Shown here in pieces: positions 14,365 to 23,548 of a stretch of 64,000 bases of DNA (position 1 is the stretch's first letter; each line of letters starts with the position of its first letter). The notes under the pieces are model-generated. The model was given only the letters and a program-made list of their open reading frames with translations. It searched no databases and was not told the origin of the DNA. The DNA is taken from positions 160,001 to 224,000 of the forward strand of contig CAWDML010000003.1 of NCBI GenBank assembly GCA_963803435.1, written 5' to 3'. Source of the stretch: an uncultured delta proteobacterium (GTDB lineage: Bacteria > Myxococcota > Kuafuiibacteriia > Kuafuiibacteriales > Kuafuiibacteriaceae). A program made the position numbers and the translations under genes.

Positions 14365-14837
14365 CCCGGGTCACCTTCGGCACCTTCTCCCTCGAGGCGC
14401 CGGACGGCTGGTCCCTCTCGTCCGTGATCCTCGCGGGGCCCGTGGACGATGCGCCGTCGAAGGGGATGCTCTCGACGCGCGCCGTGCGTCCGTTCCAGCG
14501 CAACCTGATCACGACGCTCGAGGTGGTGCCGGACACCGAAACACCCGAGTCGTACGTGCAGCGCCAGATCCGCGGCTTGAAGGAGGCCGGCGTTCAGCGG
14601 CAGGACGCCGCCAAGCCCAAGACGGTCTCCCTCGGCGACAATCTCAAGGGGTTGCTCACGGAGCAGATCATCGTGTCCCAGGACGGCGAGCGGGTGCGGC
14701 AGATGCAGCTCGTCGTGATCATCGATCACGTCGCCCACACGGTCATCACCTCGCACCTCGACGGCGTGCCCTTCGAGTCGGCCCGGGCCGAGTTCGAGAA
14801 GATGCTGACGTCGGTGGCGCTGCCCCGGCGCGCTTAG
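14361..14837 (+). CDS. DcrB/DUF1795 (Mog1p/PsbP-like) protein
   Basis: FSLEAPDGW, NLITTLE, VRQMQLVVI and FEKMLTSV pattern; ATGA overlap with tsf. Confidence 0.6.
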   Translation: MTRVTFGTFSLEAPDGWSLSSVILAGPVDDAPSKGMLSTRAVRPFQRNLITTLEVVPDTETPESYVQRQIRGLKEAGVQRQDAAKPKTVSLGDNLKGLLTEQIIVSQDGERVRQMQLVVIIDHVAHTVITSHLDGVPFESARAEFEKMLTSVALPRRA

Positions 14838-14952
14838 AGCCGGTCCGAACACCTCCGGACCGTTCCGCGTTTCCTGTTTCGCTCGTTCTGCTCATTCGCT
14901 ATTCAAAGCGGCCGTTGTTGCATCGTGCTCGATCGAGTGTTCTGCAGAGTCG

Positions 14953-15279
14953 ATGCAGGCAAGATTCGCAAGTCTTCCGGACGCCCTGTGGAAACGCATT
15001 GAGCCGTTACTCGCGAAGCGAGGTCCAAGGCCGCGGGGAGGTCGCCCGCGGGTTGCGGATCGCGTCGTGATGGCAGGTATCGTCTATCGCCTTCGGACAG
15101 GGTGCCAGTGGAAGGCCCTGCCGCGCGAGTTCAGCTCCGGTTCGACGTGCCACAGTCGATTCGCGGCATGGTGCGCAGCAGGGATCTTCACCGCGATCTT
15201 CGCTGAGCTGCTGCGGTACTACGACAGGAGGCGCGGCATACAGTGGAAGTGGACTTCACTCGACACCGCGATCGTCAAG
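14953..15279 (+). pseudogene. IS5-family transposase, N-terminal fragment (DUF4096)
   Basis: LWKRIEPLL, GGRPR, GIVYRLRTGCQWKALP and STCHSRF motifs; homology stops just after the first catalytic Asp (LDTAIVK). Confidence 0.88.
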
Positions 15280-15356
15280 TTTGGGAACTCGCGGCAAAGC
15301 CGAAGTACACGCTTCGCAAACTTGAGCAGTCGTTCTGCGATATCATCGCCCTTCAT
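15279..15356 (-). pseudogene. Four-helix-bundle (23S rRNA IVP/TIGR02436-like) protein, N-terminal remnant
   Basis: Manual translation MKGDDIAERLLKFAKRVLRLCREFPN; not in the ORF track. Confidence 0.7.
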
Positions 15357-15433
15357 CGCCGGATCGAACAGCGAATGACAGAACGACGAAACAGCAAACT
15401 GCGAACGGAACGGTTTCTGGACCGGCTCTTAGC

Positions 15434-15853
15434 TCAGGCGGCCTCAGGGAACAGACCGGCGCGCGCGACGATCAGCTCGACCAGACGCTCGCGGCCCTTG
15501 ATGAACGTCGACAGGACGAAGTCACCCTTCTTCGTGCTCACGAGATAGCCGCCGAGCGGGATGTCCGACCACCGGACATGCACGATGTCCTCCCACGAGA
15601 AGTGCTCGAACTCCGTGGCGCCGCGATAGGTGACGCCGTACTCGTCGACCACGTAGGCCATGCTCCAGTAGTAGGCGACGAAGACCAGGAAGAAGAGGAC
15701 GAAGAACGCGATCGAGAGGACGGCCGCCAGGGGAACCTCCTCCGCGAGGAGCATCAGACCGCCGATCGCGATCCAGACCAGGAGGGCGGCCAGCACGGAG
15801 ACCTTGATCGGCCAATTGACGCGAAACTCCTGCTGCTGGCCTCGACGGATCAA
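15434..15853 (-). CDS. Membrane protein with bacterial PH-like domain
   Basis: Two TM segments followed by YVVDEYGVTYRG...FSWEDI. Confidence 0.65.
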   Translation of the reverse strand: MIRRGQQQEFRVNWPIKVSVLAALLVWIAIGGLMLLAEEVPLAAVLSIAFFVLFFLVFVAYYWSMAYVVDEYGVTYRGATEFEHFSWEDIVHVRWSDIPLGGYLVSTKKGDFVLSTFIKGRERLVELIVARAGLFPEAA

Positions 15854-15936
15854 TCGTCCTTATTTAAGCGTTTCACGACCCGGATCGTCAAACCGCCGGT
15901 CTTGCGCACGCCGCGCCGAGGCGATAGGCCGACCGG

Positions 15937-17340
15937 GTGAGGGCGCCGATCGCCGTCCTTCTCGGGCTTTGGCTGCTTTCGCCGCCCGCGCTCGCGCAGG
16001 ACGAGCCCGAGCCTCCCCCTCCGTCGAAGACGTTCGACGTGTTCGACGACGAGCCGCCCGCGGACGACCCCGACCTGCCGGAGGGCGACGCGACCGACGA
16101 GGACGAGGTGGTCCCCGAGCCCGAGCCCGAACCCGAGCCCGCGCCCGAGCCTGAGCCCACGCTCGAGCCCGAACCCGCGCCCGCGCGCGAGCCGCCGCCT
16201 GCGGGCCCACGGGTCTTGGTGCTCCTGATCGGCGAGGACGTGGAGTCGAGCCTCACCCAGCGGATCGGGGACGAAGCCACCCGCTGGGTGGCCGAGGCCC
16301 GCGGGCTCGGGCACATGACGACCGTGGAGGCGCTCGACCCGACGGCGGACGCGACGAAGCGCGACGAGATCCAGCTGGGGCGGAAGAACGTCGACGACGG
16401 CCTGCTCGCGTTCGAGGATCTCGATCTCGAGGCGGCGGGCGAGCACCTCGAGACGGCCGTCAACGCGCTCGCCGCCTACTTCGGCGATCTTCCGGACTCG
16501 GCGCGGGCCGCCCTCTCGCAGGGCATCTTCGCCGATGCCGCCACCACGCTCTTCGAGGGCGCCACGGACCAGGCCGACTCGATCTTCGTCGCGCTCGCGC
16601 TGCTCGATCCCAGCTTCGTCCCCGCAGAGGGCCGCTATCCCTCGAACGTCGTCGATCGATTCGAGGGCGTGAAGGCACACCTCGGCGCCCGGACCACCGG
16701 CTCCCTCACGGTGAAGACGAACCCGCCGGGCGCGGCGGTCTACGTCGACGGCCTGTTCCGCGGCGCCTCGCCCCTGACCGTGTCGAGCCTGGCCGACGGT
16801 TATCATGTGGTCTCCGTCCGGCGCCTCGGCTTCCGCCCGCTCGGCACCCTCACGCCGGTCAACGGTGACAACAGCGCCACCGCCGATCTCGAGCTCGAGC
16901 TCTCGAAGGACACCACGCGCCTGTCGATGCTCGATCGGACGATGTTCCGCGATCCGCCCCGGGCCGCCGCGCTGGCCCGGACGATCGGCGCGGACACGAT
17001 CGCCGTGCTCGACTTTGCGCGCCGCCTCTCGGGCACCGCGATCGAGGGCGTCCTGGTGAAGTCGGACGGGACGGTGCTCGTGCGCATCCCCTCCACCGAC
17101 ATCGTCGAGGATCCGGAGCTGGCGGGCCGCGCGATCGCCGACGCGATCCGGCACGCCGAGGAGGCGAAGGCCGCCCTCGCCCTCGCGCCTCCACCGTCTC
17201 CGGACAAGGCACTGTACGAAGAGTGGTGGTTTTGGGCCGTGCTCGGCGGCGCGGTGGCGGCGGTGGCGACCGGCGCGGCGGTGGCGGCCACCAGCGGCGG
17301 CGGATCGCCCGGCCGGAACACCGCGATCTTCGGGTTCTAG
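15937..17340 (+). CDS. Secreted/membrane PEGA-domain protein with acidic PE-repeat linker
   Basis: Signal peptide, PEPEPE repeats, LTVKTNPPGAAVYVDG and C-terminal LYEEWWFWAV TM. Confidence 0.8.
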   Translation: MRAPIAVLLGLWLLSPPALAQDEPEPPPPSKTFDVFDDEPPADDPDLPEGDATDEDEVVPEPEPEPEPAPEPEPTLEPEPAPAREPPPAGPRVLVLLIGEDVESSLTQRIGDEATRWVAEARGLGHMTTVEALDPTADATKRDEIQLGRKNVDDGLLAFEDLDLEAAGEHLETAVNALAAYFGDLPDSARAALSQGIFADAATTLFEGATDQADSIFVALALLDPSFVPAEGRYPSNVVDRFEGVKAHLGARTTGSLTVKTNPPGAAVYVDGLFRGASPLTVSSLADGYHVVSVRRLGFRPLGTLTPVNGDNSATADLELELSKDTTRLSMLDRTMFRDPPRAAALARTIGADTIAVLDFARRLSGTAIEGVLVKSDGTVLVRIPSTDIVEDPELAGRAIADAIRHAEEAKAALALAPPPSPDKALYEEWWFWAVLGGAVAAVATGAAVAATSGGGSPGRNTAIFGF

Positions 17341-17460
17341 TCGGTAGGAGAACGTCTCACCCTGCATCGCGGAGTGCTCGACCCTGTCGAAGCTTACCCA
17401 CCGGCGTGCGAAGATCTCCGCACGAATCGGATGGAACGCAGCTCGCAAAGTCGGGGCGAG

Positions 17461-18426
17461 ATGCTGCCCGAGAAGAAGCTGGACACGCCGGAGATCCGCA
17501 CGCTGGCGCTGGAGTTGGCCGTCCGCAAGATCGGCGAGGTCGTCCGCGACAAGGACGGCGTGATCCGGCTGAGCATGATCGGCTTTCTCGCGCGCGGGCA
17601 CGTGCTGCTCGAGGACGTGCCCGGCGTCGGCAAGACCACGCTCGCGCGCGCGATCGCTCGGGTCATCGGCGGCACCTTCAACCGCATCCAGCTCACCGCG
17701 GATCTGCTGCCGGCAGACATCGTGGGCGGGCAGGTCCCCGACCGCGCCCGCGGCGACCTCGTGTTCCGGCCCGGACCGATCTTCGCCAACGTGGTCCTGG
17801 CGGACGAGCTCAATCGAGCCACCCCGCGCACGCAATCCGGGTTGCTCGAGGCGATGGCGGAGCGATCGATCTCGGTCGACGGCGTCACGCACGCGCTGCC
17901 GGATCCGTTCTTCGTGGTGGCGACGCAGAACCCGGTCGAGCACCACGGCGTGTACGCGCTGCCCCAGTCGCAGATGGATCGATTCCTCATCCGGAGCGAC
18001 CTCGGCTATCCCGGTGACGAGGTCGAGCGCGAGCTGCTCATGAACGGCGGCCGCCAGGGGCCGGCGCTCGAGTCGCTCGAGCCGGTGTTCACCGACGAGA
18101 AGCTCTCGGCGTTGTTCGACGCCGTCGACGACGTGGTGCTGGCCGTCGAGGTGGCCGACTACCTCCAGCGGATGGTGAAGGCGACGCGGGAGGCGCGGGC
18201 CCTGGAGACCGGCGTCTCCACCCGGGGCGCGATCCTGTTCGCGCGGGCGGCGCGCGCCCGAGCCCTGGTGGAGGGGCGGCGCTTCGTCACTCCAGACGAC
18301 GTGCTCGATCTGGCGGTCCCCGTCTGTGCGCACCGCGTGACTCTGAAGGGGACCGACCGGCCCAATCGGCGCGAGGCCGAGGCCGTGATTCGTGAGCTGG
18401 TCGAAGCGGTCCCGGTGCCGCTGTGA
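17461..18426 (+). CDS. MoxR-family AAA+ ATPase
   Basis: HVLLEDVPGVGKTTLA, LADELNRATPRTQSGLLEAM and ATQNP motifs. Confidence 0.95.
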   Translation: MLPEKKLDTPEIRTLALELAVRKIGEVVRDKDGVIRLSMIGFLARGHVLLEDVPGVGKTTLARAIARVIGGTFNRIQLTADLLPADIVGGQVPDRARGDLVFRPGPIFANVVLADELNRATPRTQSGLLEAMAERSISVDGVTHALPDPFFVVATQNPVEHHGVYALPQSQMDRFLIRSDLGYPGDEVERELLMNGGRQGPALESLEPVFTDEKLSALFDAVDDVVLAVEVADYLQRMVKATREARALETGVSTRGAILFARAARARALVEGRRFVTPDDVLDLAVPVCAHRVTLKGTDRPNRREAEAVIRELVEAVPVPL

Positions 18427-19493
18427 TTCTGGCGAAGCTGAGGGCGCGCCTCCGAAGGATGGTGCGCCCCCCGCGCCGGGCGATCCCCACGCGCGCGGGC
18501 CTGTTGGTGCTGTCGGCCCCGATCGTCCTCGGTGTCGCGGCGATCAGCGCCACCAACAACCTGCTGTTCATCATGGTGGGCGCCGCGCTGGGCGCGATCG
18601 TGCTCTCGGGCGTGCTCTCGGAGAGCAACCTCCGCGGGGTCCGCGCGCGCATCGAGCCGGTCTCGCCGGCGTATGCGGGTGAGCCGGCCCGGCTCCGCGT
18701 CATCGCCGAGCGCGAGCTGCCGGCGAAGCACCCCTCGTACGGGCTGTCGGTGCGGGAGCGGAGCGGCTCCATCTGGCAGCTGTTCTTTCGGCGGGACCCA
18801 CGCCTGCTCGACGTGATGATCCCGATCCTCGAGTCGCGGCAGGCCGAGGCGGTCGGACAGCGCGTCTTCGAGCGGCGCGGGCGCGCGTCGCTCTACCGGA
18901 CGGAGCTGGTCTGCACGTATCCCTTCGGGTTGCTCCACAAGGCGCGCGATCTCGACGTTCGCATCGATCTCATCGTGCGTCCTCGCCGCGTGCCCGTCCC
19001 GCATCGGCTCCAGGATCCGCGCGCGATTCGCGCAGAGGGTGAGCTGTCGAGCCGCCGCGGGATCGGGATCGAGATCCACGGCCTCAGGGAGCGCCGCGAC
19101 GGCGACGCTCTCCATCGGCTCCACGCGCTGCGCTCGCTCTCGCTGGGGACGGACGTGATGGTGGAGACCACCGGGATGGAGAAGCCGACGGCGTGGCTGG
19201 GGGTCGCCAACGACGAGGGCGTCGATCCGGAGGCGTTCGAGCACGCGGTGGAGCTGGCCTCGGCGGTGCTGGCCGAGTGGGATCGGCGCGGCTATGCGGT
19301 GGGTCTGTCGACGGTGTCGTCGCGGTTCATGCCCGGAGAGGCGAGCCTCGAGCGGCTGGTCGAGACGCTCGCGCTCCTCGAGCCGGAGAAGGCGATCCGG
19401 GGCGAGGCGGGCCCCGGCGTCTGGCTGATCCCCGACGGCGGCACCTCTCGGGGGACGCCGATCTCGGTCTCGGCCAGAGGTGAGATCGAATGA
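18423..19493 (+). CDS. DUF58 domain protein
   Basis: NNLL TM motif, YPFGL and HGLRE...GDALHRLH; canonical position after moxR. Confidence 0.85.
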   Translation: MILAKLRARLRRMVRPPRRAIPTRAGLLVLSAPIVLGVAAISATNNLLFIMVGAALGAIVLSGVLSESNLRGVRARIEPVSPAYAGEPARLRVIAERELPAKHPSYGLSVRERSGSIWQLFFRRDPRLLDVMIPILESRQAEAVGQRVFERRGRASLYRTELVCTYPFGLLHKARDLDVRIDLIVRPRRVPVPHRLQDPRAIRAEGELSSRRGIGIEIHGLRERRDGDALHRLHALRSLSLGTDVMVETTGMEKPTAWLGVANDEGVDPEAFEHAVELASAVLAEWDRRGYAVGLSTVSSRFMPGEASLERLVETLALLEPEKAIRGEAGPGVWLIPDGGTSRGTPISVSARGEIE

Positions 19494-21529
19494 GGTTCGG
19501 CACGCTCCACCGGGCCTCTCTCACGGCCGCCGCCGCGCTGCCGGTGATCGGCGTGATGGGGGGCTCGACGCTCCTGACCGCGTCGGGCGCAGTGCTCTTG
19601 ATCCTGCTGGTCGTCCGAGGCGGGAACCTCTTCGATCTGCCGCGATCGCGGCCGTTCACGATCGTCGTGCACGGGCTGACGATCCTGATCCTGATCTTCG
19701 CGATCCTCCTGTTTCCGCGGGCGCGGATCGACGCGGTGCTCCTCGTCGTCATGCTCGGCATCTTCAATCGCTGGTTGCTGCGCAGCGGGCACCGCGACGA
19801 TCTGATCGTGCTCGGGGCGGCGGCGGTGCTGCTGGCGGCCGCCACCACCATCACCCCGGGGATCGCGTTTGCGGTGATCATCGTGGCGTTCCTGGTGGCG
19901 TCGCTGTGGGCCGCCTTCAGCGGCCTGATCCTCTCCATGGCCGAGCGCGAGCCCAGCGACGAGGCGCGGCGGGCGACCTGGCTCCGGTTGGCGCGGCGAC
20001 CGGCGGGCCGGCTGCTGGGGCCCATCGCGGTGCTCTCGATTGTCTTCATGCTGATCGGCGCGTCGGTGATGCTGCTCTTCCCGCGCTACAACTTCAGCCA
20101 GCTGCTCTCGGCCGGCTACTTCATGTCGCTGTCCGGTCAGACCGACGAGATGGAGCTGCGGACCACCGGTGTGCCAAGCCCGGGCGGAGGCTGGGTCGCG
20201 ATGCGCGTCGAGCCGACGCCCGGACGTCCGCCCGGCAGCCTCGACGCGATGTACGCCTCGATGTCGGTCCTCGACGAGTTCGACGGTCGCACCTGGCGCT
20301 CCCACGTGAAGGATCCGCGCCGAGAGCTGTACCTGTACCACCCGAGCAATCTCTATCAGGGGCCGAAGGAGGCCTTCGCGCCCGACGTCGACGGCCCCAG
20401 CATGCTGCGCGTGACCCTGTTCAGGCGGGTGCCGCAGGATCAGCCCCACCCGGTGGCGGCGCTCGGACGCGACCGGCCCGGCTTCGTGGCGATGTACGCG
20501 GTCCGCCAGCTCGACAACGGGAGCGTCATCCGGGGCCCGCGCTGGCCGGGCACGCAGCTGGTGTACAAGGTCGATCCCGATCGGTCGGTGCCCACGTTTC
20601 CGCTCCCGGACCAGGCCCGCTTCCTCCAGCTCCCGGATGGGCTGGACCCGCGCGTCGTCGACCTGGCCGCGCGGCTGACGGCCGGCAAGACGACGGAGCG
20701 CGACAAGGCGCTGGCGATCGTCGCGCACTTCTCTCACGGCTACACGTACAGCCTCGAGCCCCTCGAGGGGGCGTCGAACGATCCCCTGGTCCGGTTCCTC
20801 TTCGAGGCCAAGAGCGGGCACTGCGAGCTCTATGCGGGTGCGCTCGCGGTGCTGCTGCGGCTCGCCGGCGTGAAGGCGCGCGTGGTCACGGGCTACTACG
20901 GGGGCTGGTGGAACTCGGTCGGTGGTTACCTCGAGCTCGGCGACTCGGACGCGCACGCGTGGGTCGAGGCCTACTACGACGGCGCCTGGCGGTGGCTCGA
21001 CGCGACGCCGGAGAGCCAGCGCGCCCGGCGCACGCAGAAGTCGTTCGTCTGGATCCTGGACACGTACGACGCCCTGGAGGCGTTCTGGCACGACAACGTG
21101 GTCGCGTTCGACGAACGACAGCGACGAGAAATGATGGGACGGCTGGCCCAGGATCTCGAGGGTCTGACCGCGCTGTCTTGGTTGGGAGGTGCGGACCCAA
21201 CATCGAGCGGAGCGACCACCGGGCGTTCTGCAAGTCGCCTTGCGCTGCCGGTCGTGGTCTTCCTCGCGCTGGCGGCCGTGCCGGTCCTCTGGTGGTGGCG
21301 CCGGCGCAACCTTCGGCCCGAGATCCTGGGCCTCCGCCTGCGGAAGGCGCTGGGAGGCCCGCGGAACGCCACCCTGGGGCGCACGCTCGCGGGCGTGTCG
21401 GTCGAGCTTCAACCCCTCGCGCGGGAGGCGATCCGCACGTACGAGCGCCACCGGTTCGGGCCCGAGGATGGCGCTCCGGACGCGTCGGTGGTGGCGGCGG
21501 CGATCCGCGCTCTCGAGCGGGCGAGCTGA
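19490..21529 (+). CDS. Membrane transglutaminase-like protein (TgpA/DUF3488)
   Basis: N-terminal TMs; GHCELYA, HAWVEAY and WLDATP catalytic triad motifs. Confidence 0.92.
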   Translation: MRFGTLHRASLTAAAALPVIGVMGGSTLLTASGAVLLILLVVRGGNLFDLPRSRPFTIVVHGLTILILIFAILLFPRARIDAVLLVVMLGIFNRWLLRSGHRDDLIVLGAAAVLLAAATTITPGIAFAVIIVAFLVASLWAAFSGLILSMAEREPSDEARRATWLRLARRPAGRLLGPIAVLSIVFMLIGASVMLLFPRYNFSQLLSAGYFMSLSGQTDEMELRTTGVPSPGGGWVAMRVEPTPGRPPGSLDAMYASMSVLDEFDGRTWRSHVKDPRRELYLYHPSNLYQGPKEAFAPDVDGPSMLRVTLFRRVPQDQPHPVAALGRDRPGFVAMYAVRQLDNGSVIRGPRWPGTQLVYKVDPDRSVPTFPLPDQARFLQLPDGLDPRVVDLAARLTAGKTTERDKALAIVAHFSHGYTYSLEPLEGASNDPLVRFLFEAKSGHCELYAGALAVLLRLAGVKARVVTGYYGGWWNSVGGYLELGDSDAHAWVEAYYDGAWRWLDATPESQRARRTQKSFVWILDTYDALEAFWHDNVVAFDERQRREMMGRLAQDLEGLTALSWLGGADPTSSGATTGRSASRLALPVVVFLALAAVPVLWWWRRRNLRPEILGLRLRKALGGPRNATLGRTLAGVSVELQPLAREAIRTYERHRFGPEDGAPDASVVAAAIRALERAS

Positions 21530-21544
21530 TAGTATCCGCGCGCC

Positions 21545-23062
21545 ATGCGCAGCCTTCTCCTCGTGCTGTTCGCGCTGGTCGTCCTGGCGGCCACGGCGGT
21601 CCCCCTCCCTGCGATCGCGCAGGGACGGACCGCGACGATCGCGGCGACCCCTCCCGCGCCCGGCAGCTTGCTCGAGGCGCGCCGCACCAGCGCCGCCGAG
21701 CCCGCCGACTGGGGCGGTCGGGCGCGCAGCGGCGTCGGCCTCTTCGTGATCCTGGGCCTGGCGTGGGCACTCTCGTCGAACAAGCGGGCCATCGACTGGC
21801 GCCTGGTCGCGGTCGGTACCGGGCTCCAGATTGTCCTCGGGGTGGTGACGCTCTCTCCGCCGGGGCAGTGGTTCTTCGGCCAGTTCAACGAGGCCGTGCA
21901 GCGGATCCTCGAGTACACCGCCACCGGCTCCCGATTCCTCTTCGGCAACCTGGCGATGGGGAACAACGTGCCCGTCGGGGAGTCGGTGATCCCGATGCCG
22001 CCGGGCGGTCCGAGCCCCGCCTGGGAGGGCGTGGCCAAGATGGCGCCCGTCCTGACCACCCACCCGATCCACTGGGCGCCGATCGGCGCCTATTTCGCGT
22101 TCAGCGTGCTGCCCACGATCATCTTCTTCTCCTCGTTCATGGCCGTGCTCTACCACCTCGGACTGATGCAGAGGCTGGTCCGCGGGATCGCCGTCGTCAT
22201 GCAGAAGACGATGCGGACCAGCGGCGCCGAGACGCTCTCGGCCGCAGGGAACATCTTCGTGGGACAGACGGAGGCGCCGCTGCTCATCCGGCCCTTCGTG
22301 AAGGACATGACACTCTCCGAGCTGATGGCGGTGATGACCGGTGGCTTCGCGACGGTGGCCGGCGGCGTGATGGTGGCCTACGTCGGGATGCTCTCGGGCG
22401 TTTTCCCCGACATCGCCGGCCACCTGCTGTGCGCGTCGATCATGAGCGCGCCCGCCGCACTGGTGATGGCGAAGATCATGATCCCCGAGCCGGACCGCAC
22501 CGCCTCGAAGACGTTCGGCAGCCTCAAGATCGACCTGCCCAAGACCGACGCCAACATCATCGACGCGGCGGCGCGCGGCGCCAGCGAGGGCCTCCAGCTG
22601 GCCCTGAACGTGGGTGCGATGCTGCTGGCGTTCCTGGCGCTGGTCGCGATGATCAACGGCATCGTCGGGTGGGTCGGCGGACACATCGGCCAGCCCCAGC
22701 TCAGCCTGGAGGCGATCCTCGGCTGGGCGCTCGCGCCGCTGGCGTGGATCATGGGCGTCACCTGGAACGACGCCGGGACGATCGGAAGTCTCCTCGGGAT
22801 GAAGACCATCGTGAACGAGTTCGTCGCCTACGGCGCGCTCGCGCAGGTGGCCCCGGCGCTCGAGGCCAAGCGATCGCTCGTGATCGCGACCTACGCGCTC
22901 TGCGGCTTCTCCAACCTGGGCTCGATCGGGATCCAGCTCGGCGGTATCGGACCGATGGCGCCGGAGCGCCGATCCGATCTCGCGCGCATCGGCTTCCGCG
23001 CGATGGTCGCGGGCTCGCTCGCCTGCTTCGGGACGGCCTGCGTGATCGGGATGATGACCTGA
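21545..23062 (+). CDS. CNT/NupC-family nucleoside transporter
   Basis: FAFSVLPTIIFFS, NIFVGQTEAPL, NEFVAY and YALCGFSN motifs. Confidence 0.95.
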   Translation: MRSLLLVLFALVVLAATAVPLPAIAQGRTATIAATPPAPGSLLEARRTSAAEPADWGGRARSGVGLFVILGLAWALSSNKRAIDWRLVAVGTGLQIVLGVVTLSPPGQWFFGQFNEAVQRILEYTATGSRFLFGNLAMGNNVPVGESVIPMPPGGPSPAWEGVAKMAPVLTTHPIHWAPIGAYFAFSVLPTIIFFSSFMAVLYHLGLMQRLVRGIAVVMQKTMRTSGAETLSAAGNIFVGQTEAPLLIRPFVKDMTLSELMAVMTGGFATVAGGVMVAYVGMLSGVFPDIAGHLLCASIMSAPAALVMAKIMIPEPDRTASKTFGSLKIDLPKTDANIIDAAARGASEGLQLALNVGAMLLAFLALVAMINGIVGWVGGHIGQPQLSLEAILGWALAPLAWIMGVTWNDAGTIGSLLGMKTIVNEFVAYGALAQVAPALEAKRSLVIATYALCGFSNLGSIGIQLGGIGPMAPERRSDLARIGFRAMVAGSLACFGTACVIGMMT

Positions 23063-23065
23063 CCG

Positions 23066-23512
23066 CTACTTCACGTACTTCGAGAGCATCCGGGCGAAGT
23101 TCGGGATCGCCTCGGAGACGTTCTTCTCACCGGTCGGTCGCAGCGAGTCGTACGCCTTCTTGATGGTGCGGTTTTCCACCTTCTGGGCGCGATCGTCGGT
23201 GACGCCGAGGAGGGCGTTCGCCACCTCGCTCTTTCGACCCATCAGATACTGATCGAAGGAGGGCGTCTTTCCGCCCGTCTCCCAGCTGCTGTGAAAAGGC
23301 TCGAGCTTCTCGACGAACCTGTCCAGCAGGCCGTCGAGCGCCTCCTTGATGATCGTCGGCTTGATCGCGGTGACCGCCTTGTACCCGGCCTTGATCGCGA
23401 GGCCCGAGATGCCGCTCTTCGCCTTGACCTCTTGGTCGACCAGCCGCACGGCGTCGTCGAGGACGTTCGGGCGATTCGGATCGGTGCACAGGATGTCCTT
23501 CAGCGTGGTCAC
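23066..23512 (-). CDS. Conserved hypothetical protein (DUF6918-like)
   Basis: LVDQEVKAKSGISGLAIKAGYK...ALLGVTD...YDSLRP; GTG start. Confidence 0.7.
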   Translation of the reverse strand: MTTLKDILCTDPNRPNVLDDAVRLVDQEVKAKSGISGLAIKAGYKAVTAIKPTIIKEALDGLLDRFVEKLEPFHSSWETGGKTPSFDQYLMGRKSEVANALLGVTDDRAQKVENRTIKKAYDSLRPTGEKNVSEAIPNFARMLSKYVK

Positions 23513-23548
23513 CGCTGCCCTGTATACTATAGGATCGCGGCCGTAAAC

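Larger units (their letters stand above)
14837..15428. mobile_element. 592-bp element with terminal inverted repeats and TTA duplication (copy A)
   Basis: TTA|GAGCCGGTCC ... GGACCGGCTC|TTA: a perfect 10-bp IR that extends imperfectly for ~70 bp; lower GC than the flanks. Confidence 0.85.

Noticed and set aside
9162-15356. Diversity-generating retroelement (FGE/C-lectin gene ending GFRC plus Avd-like four-helix-bundle fragments)
   Set aside because: No reverse transcriptase and no TR/VR pair with adenine-specific mismatches was found in the window.
16113-16190. CCCGAG hexamer repeats (and poly-CCG at ~51630-51715, GAA runs at ~42628-42647)
   Set aside because: They encode ordinary Pro/Glu/Lys low-complexity linkers.
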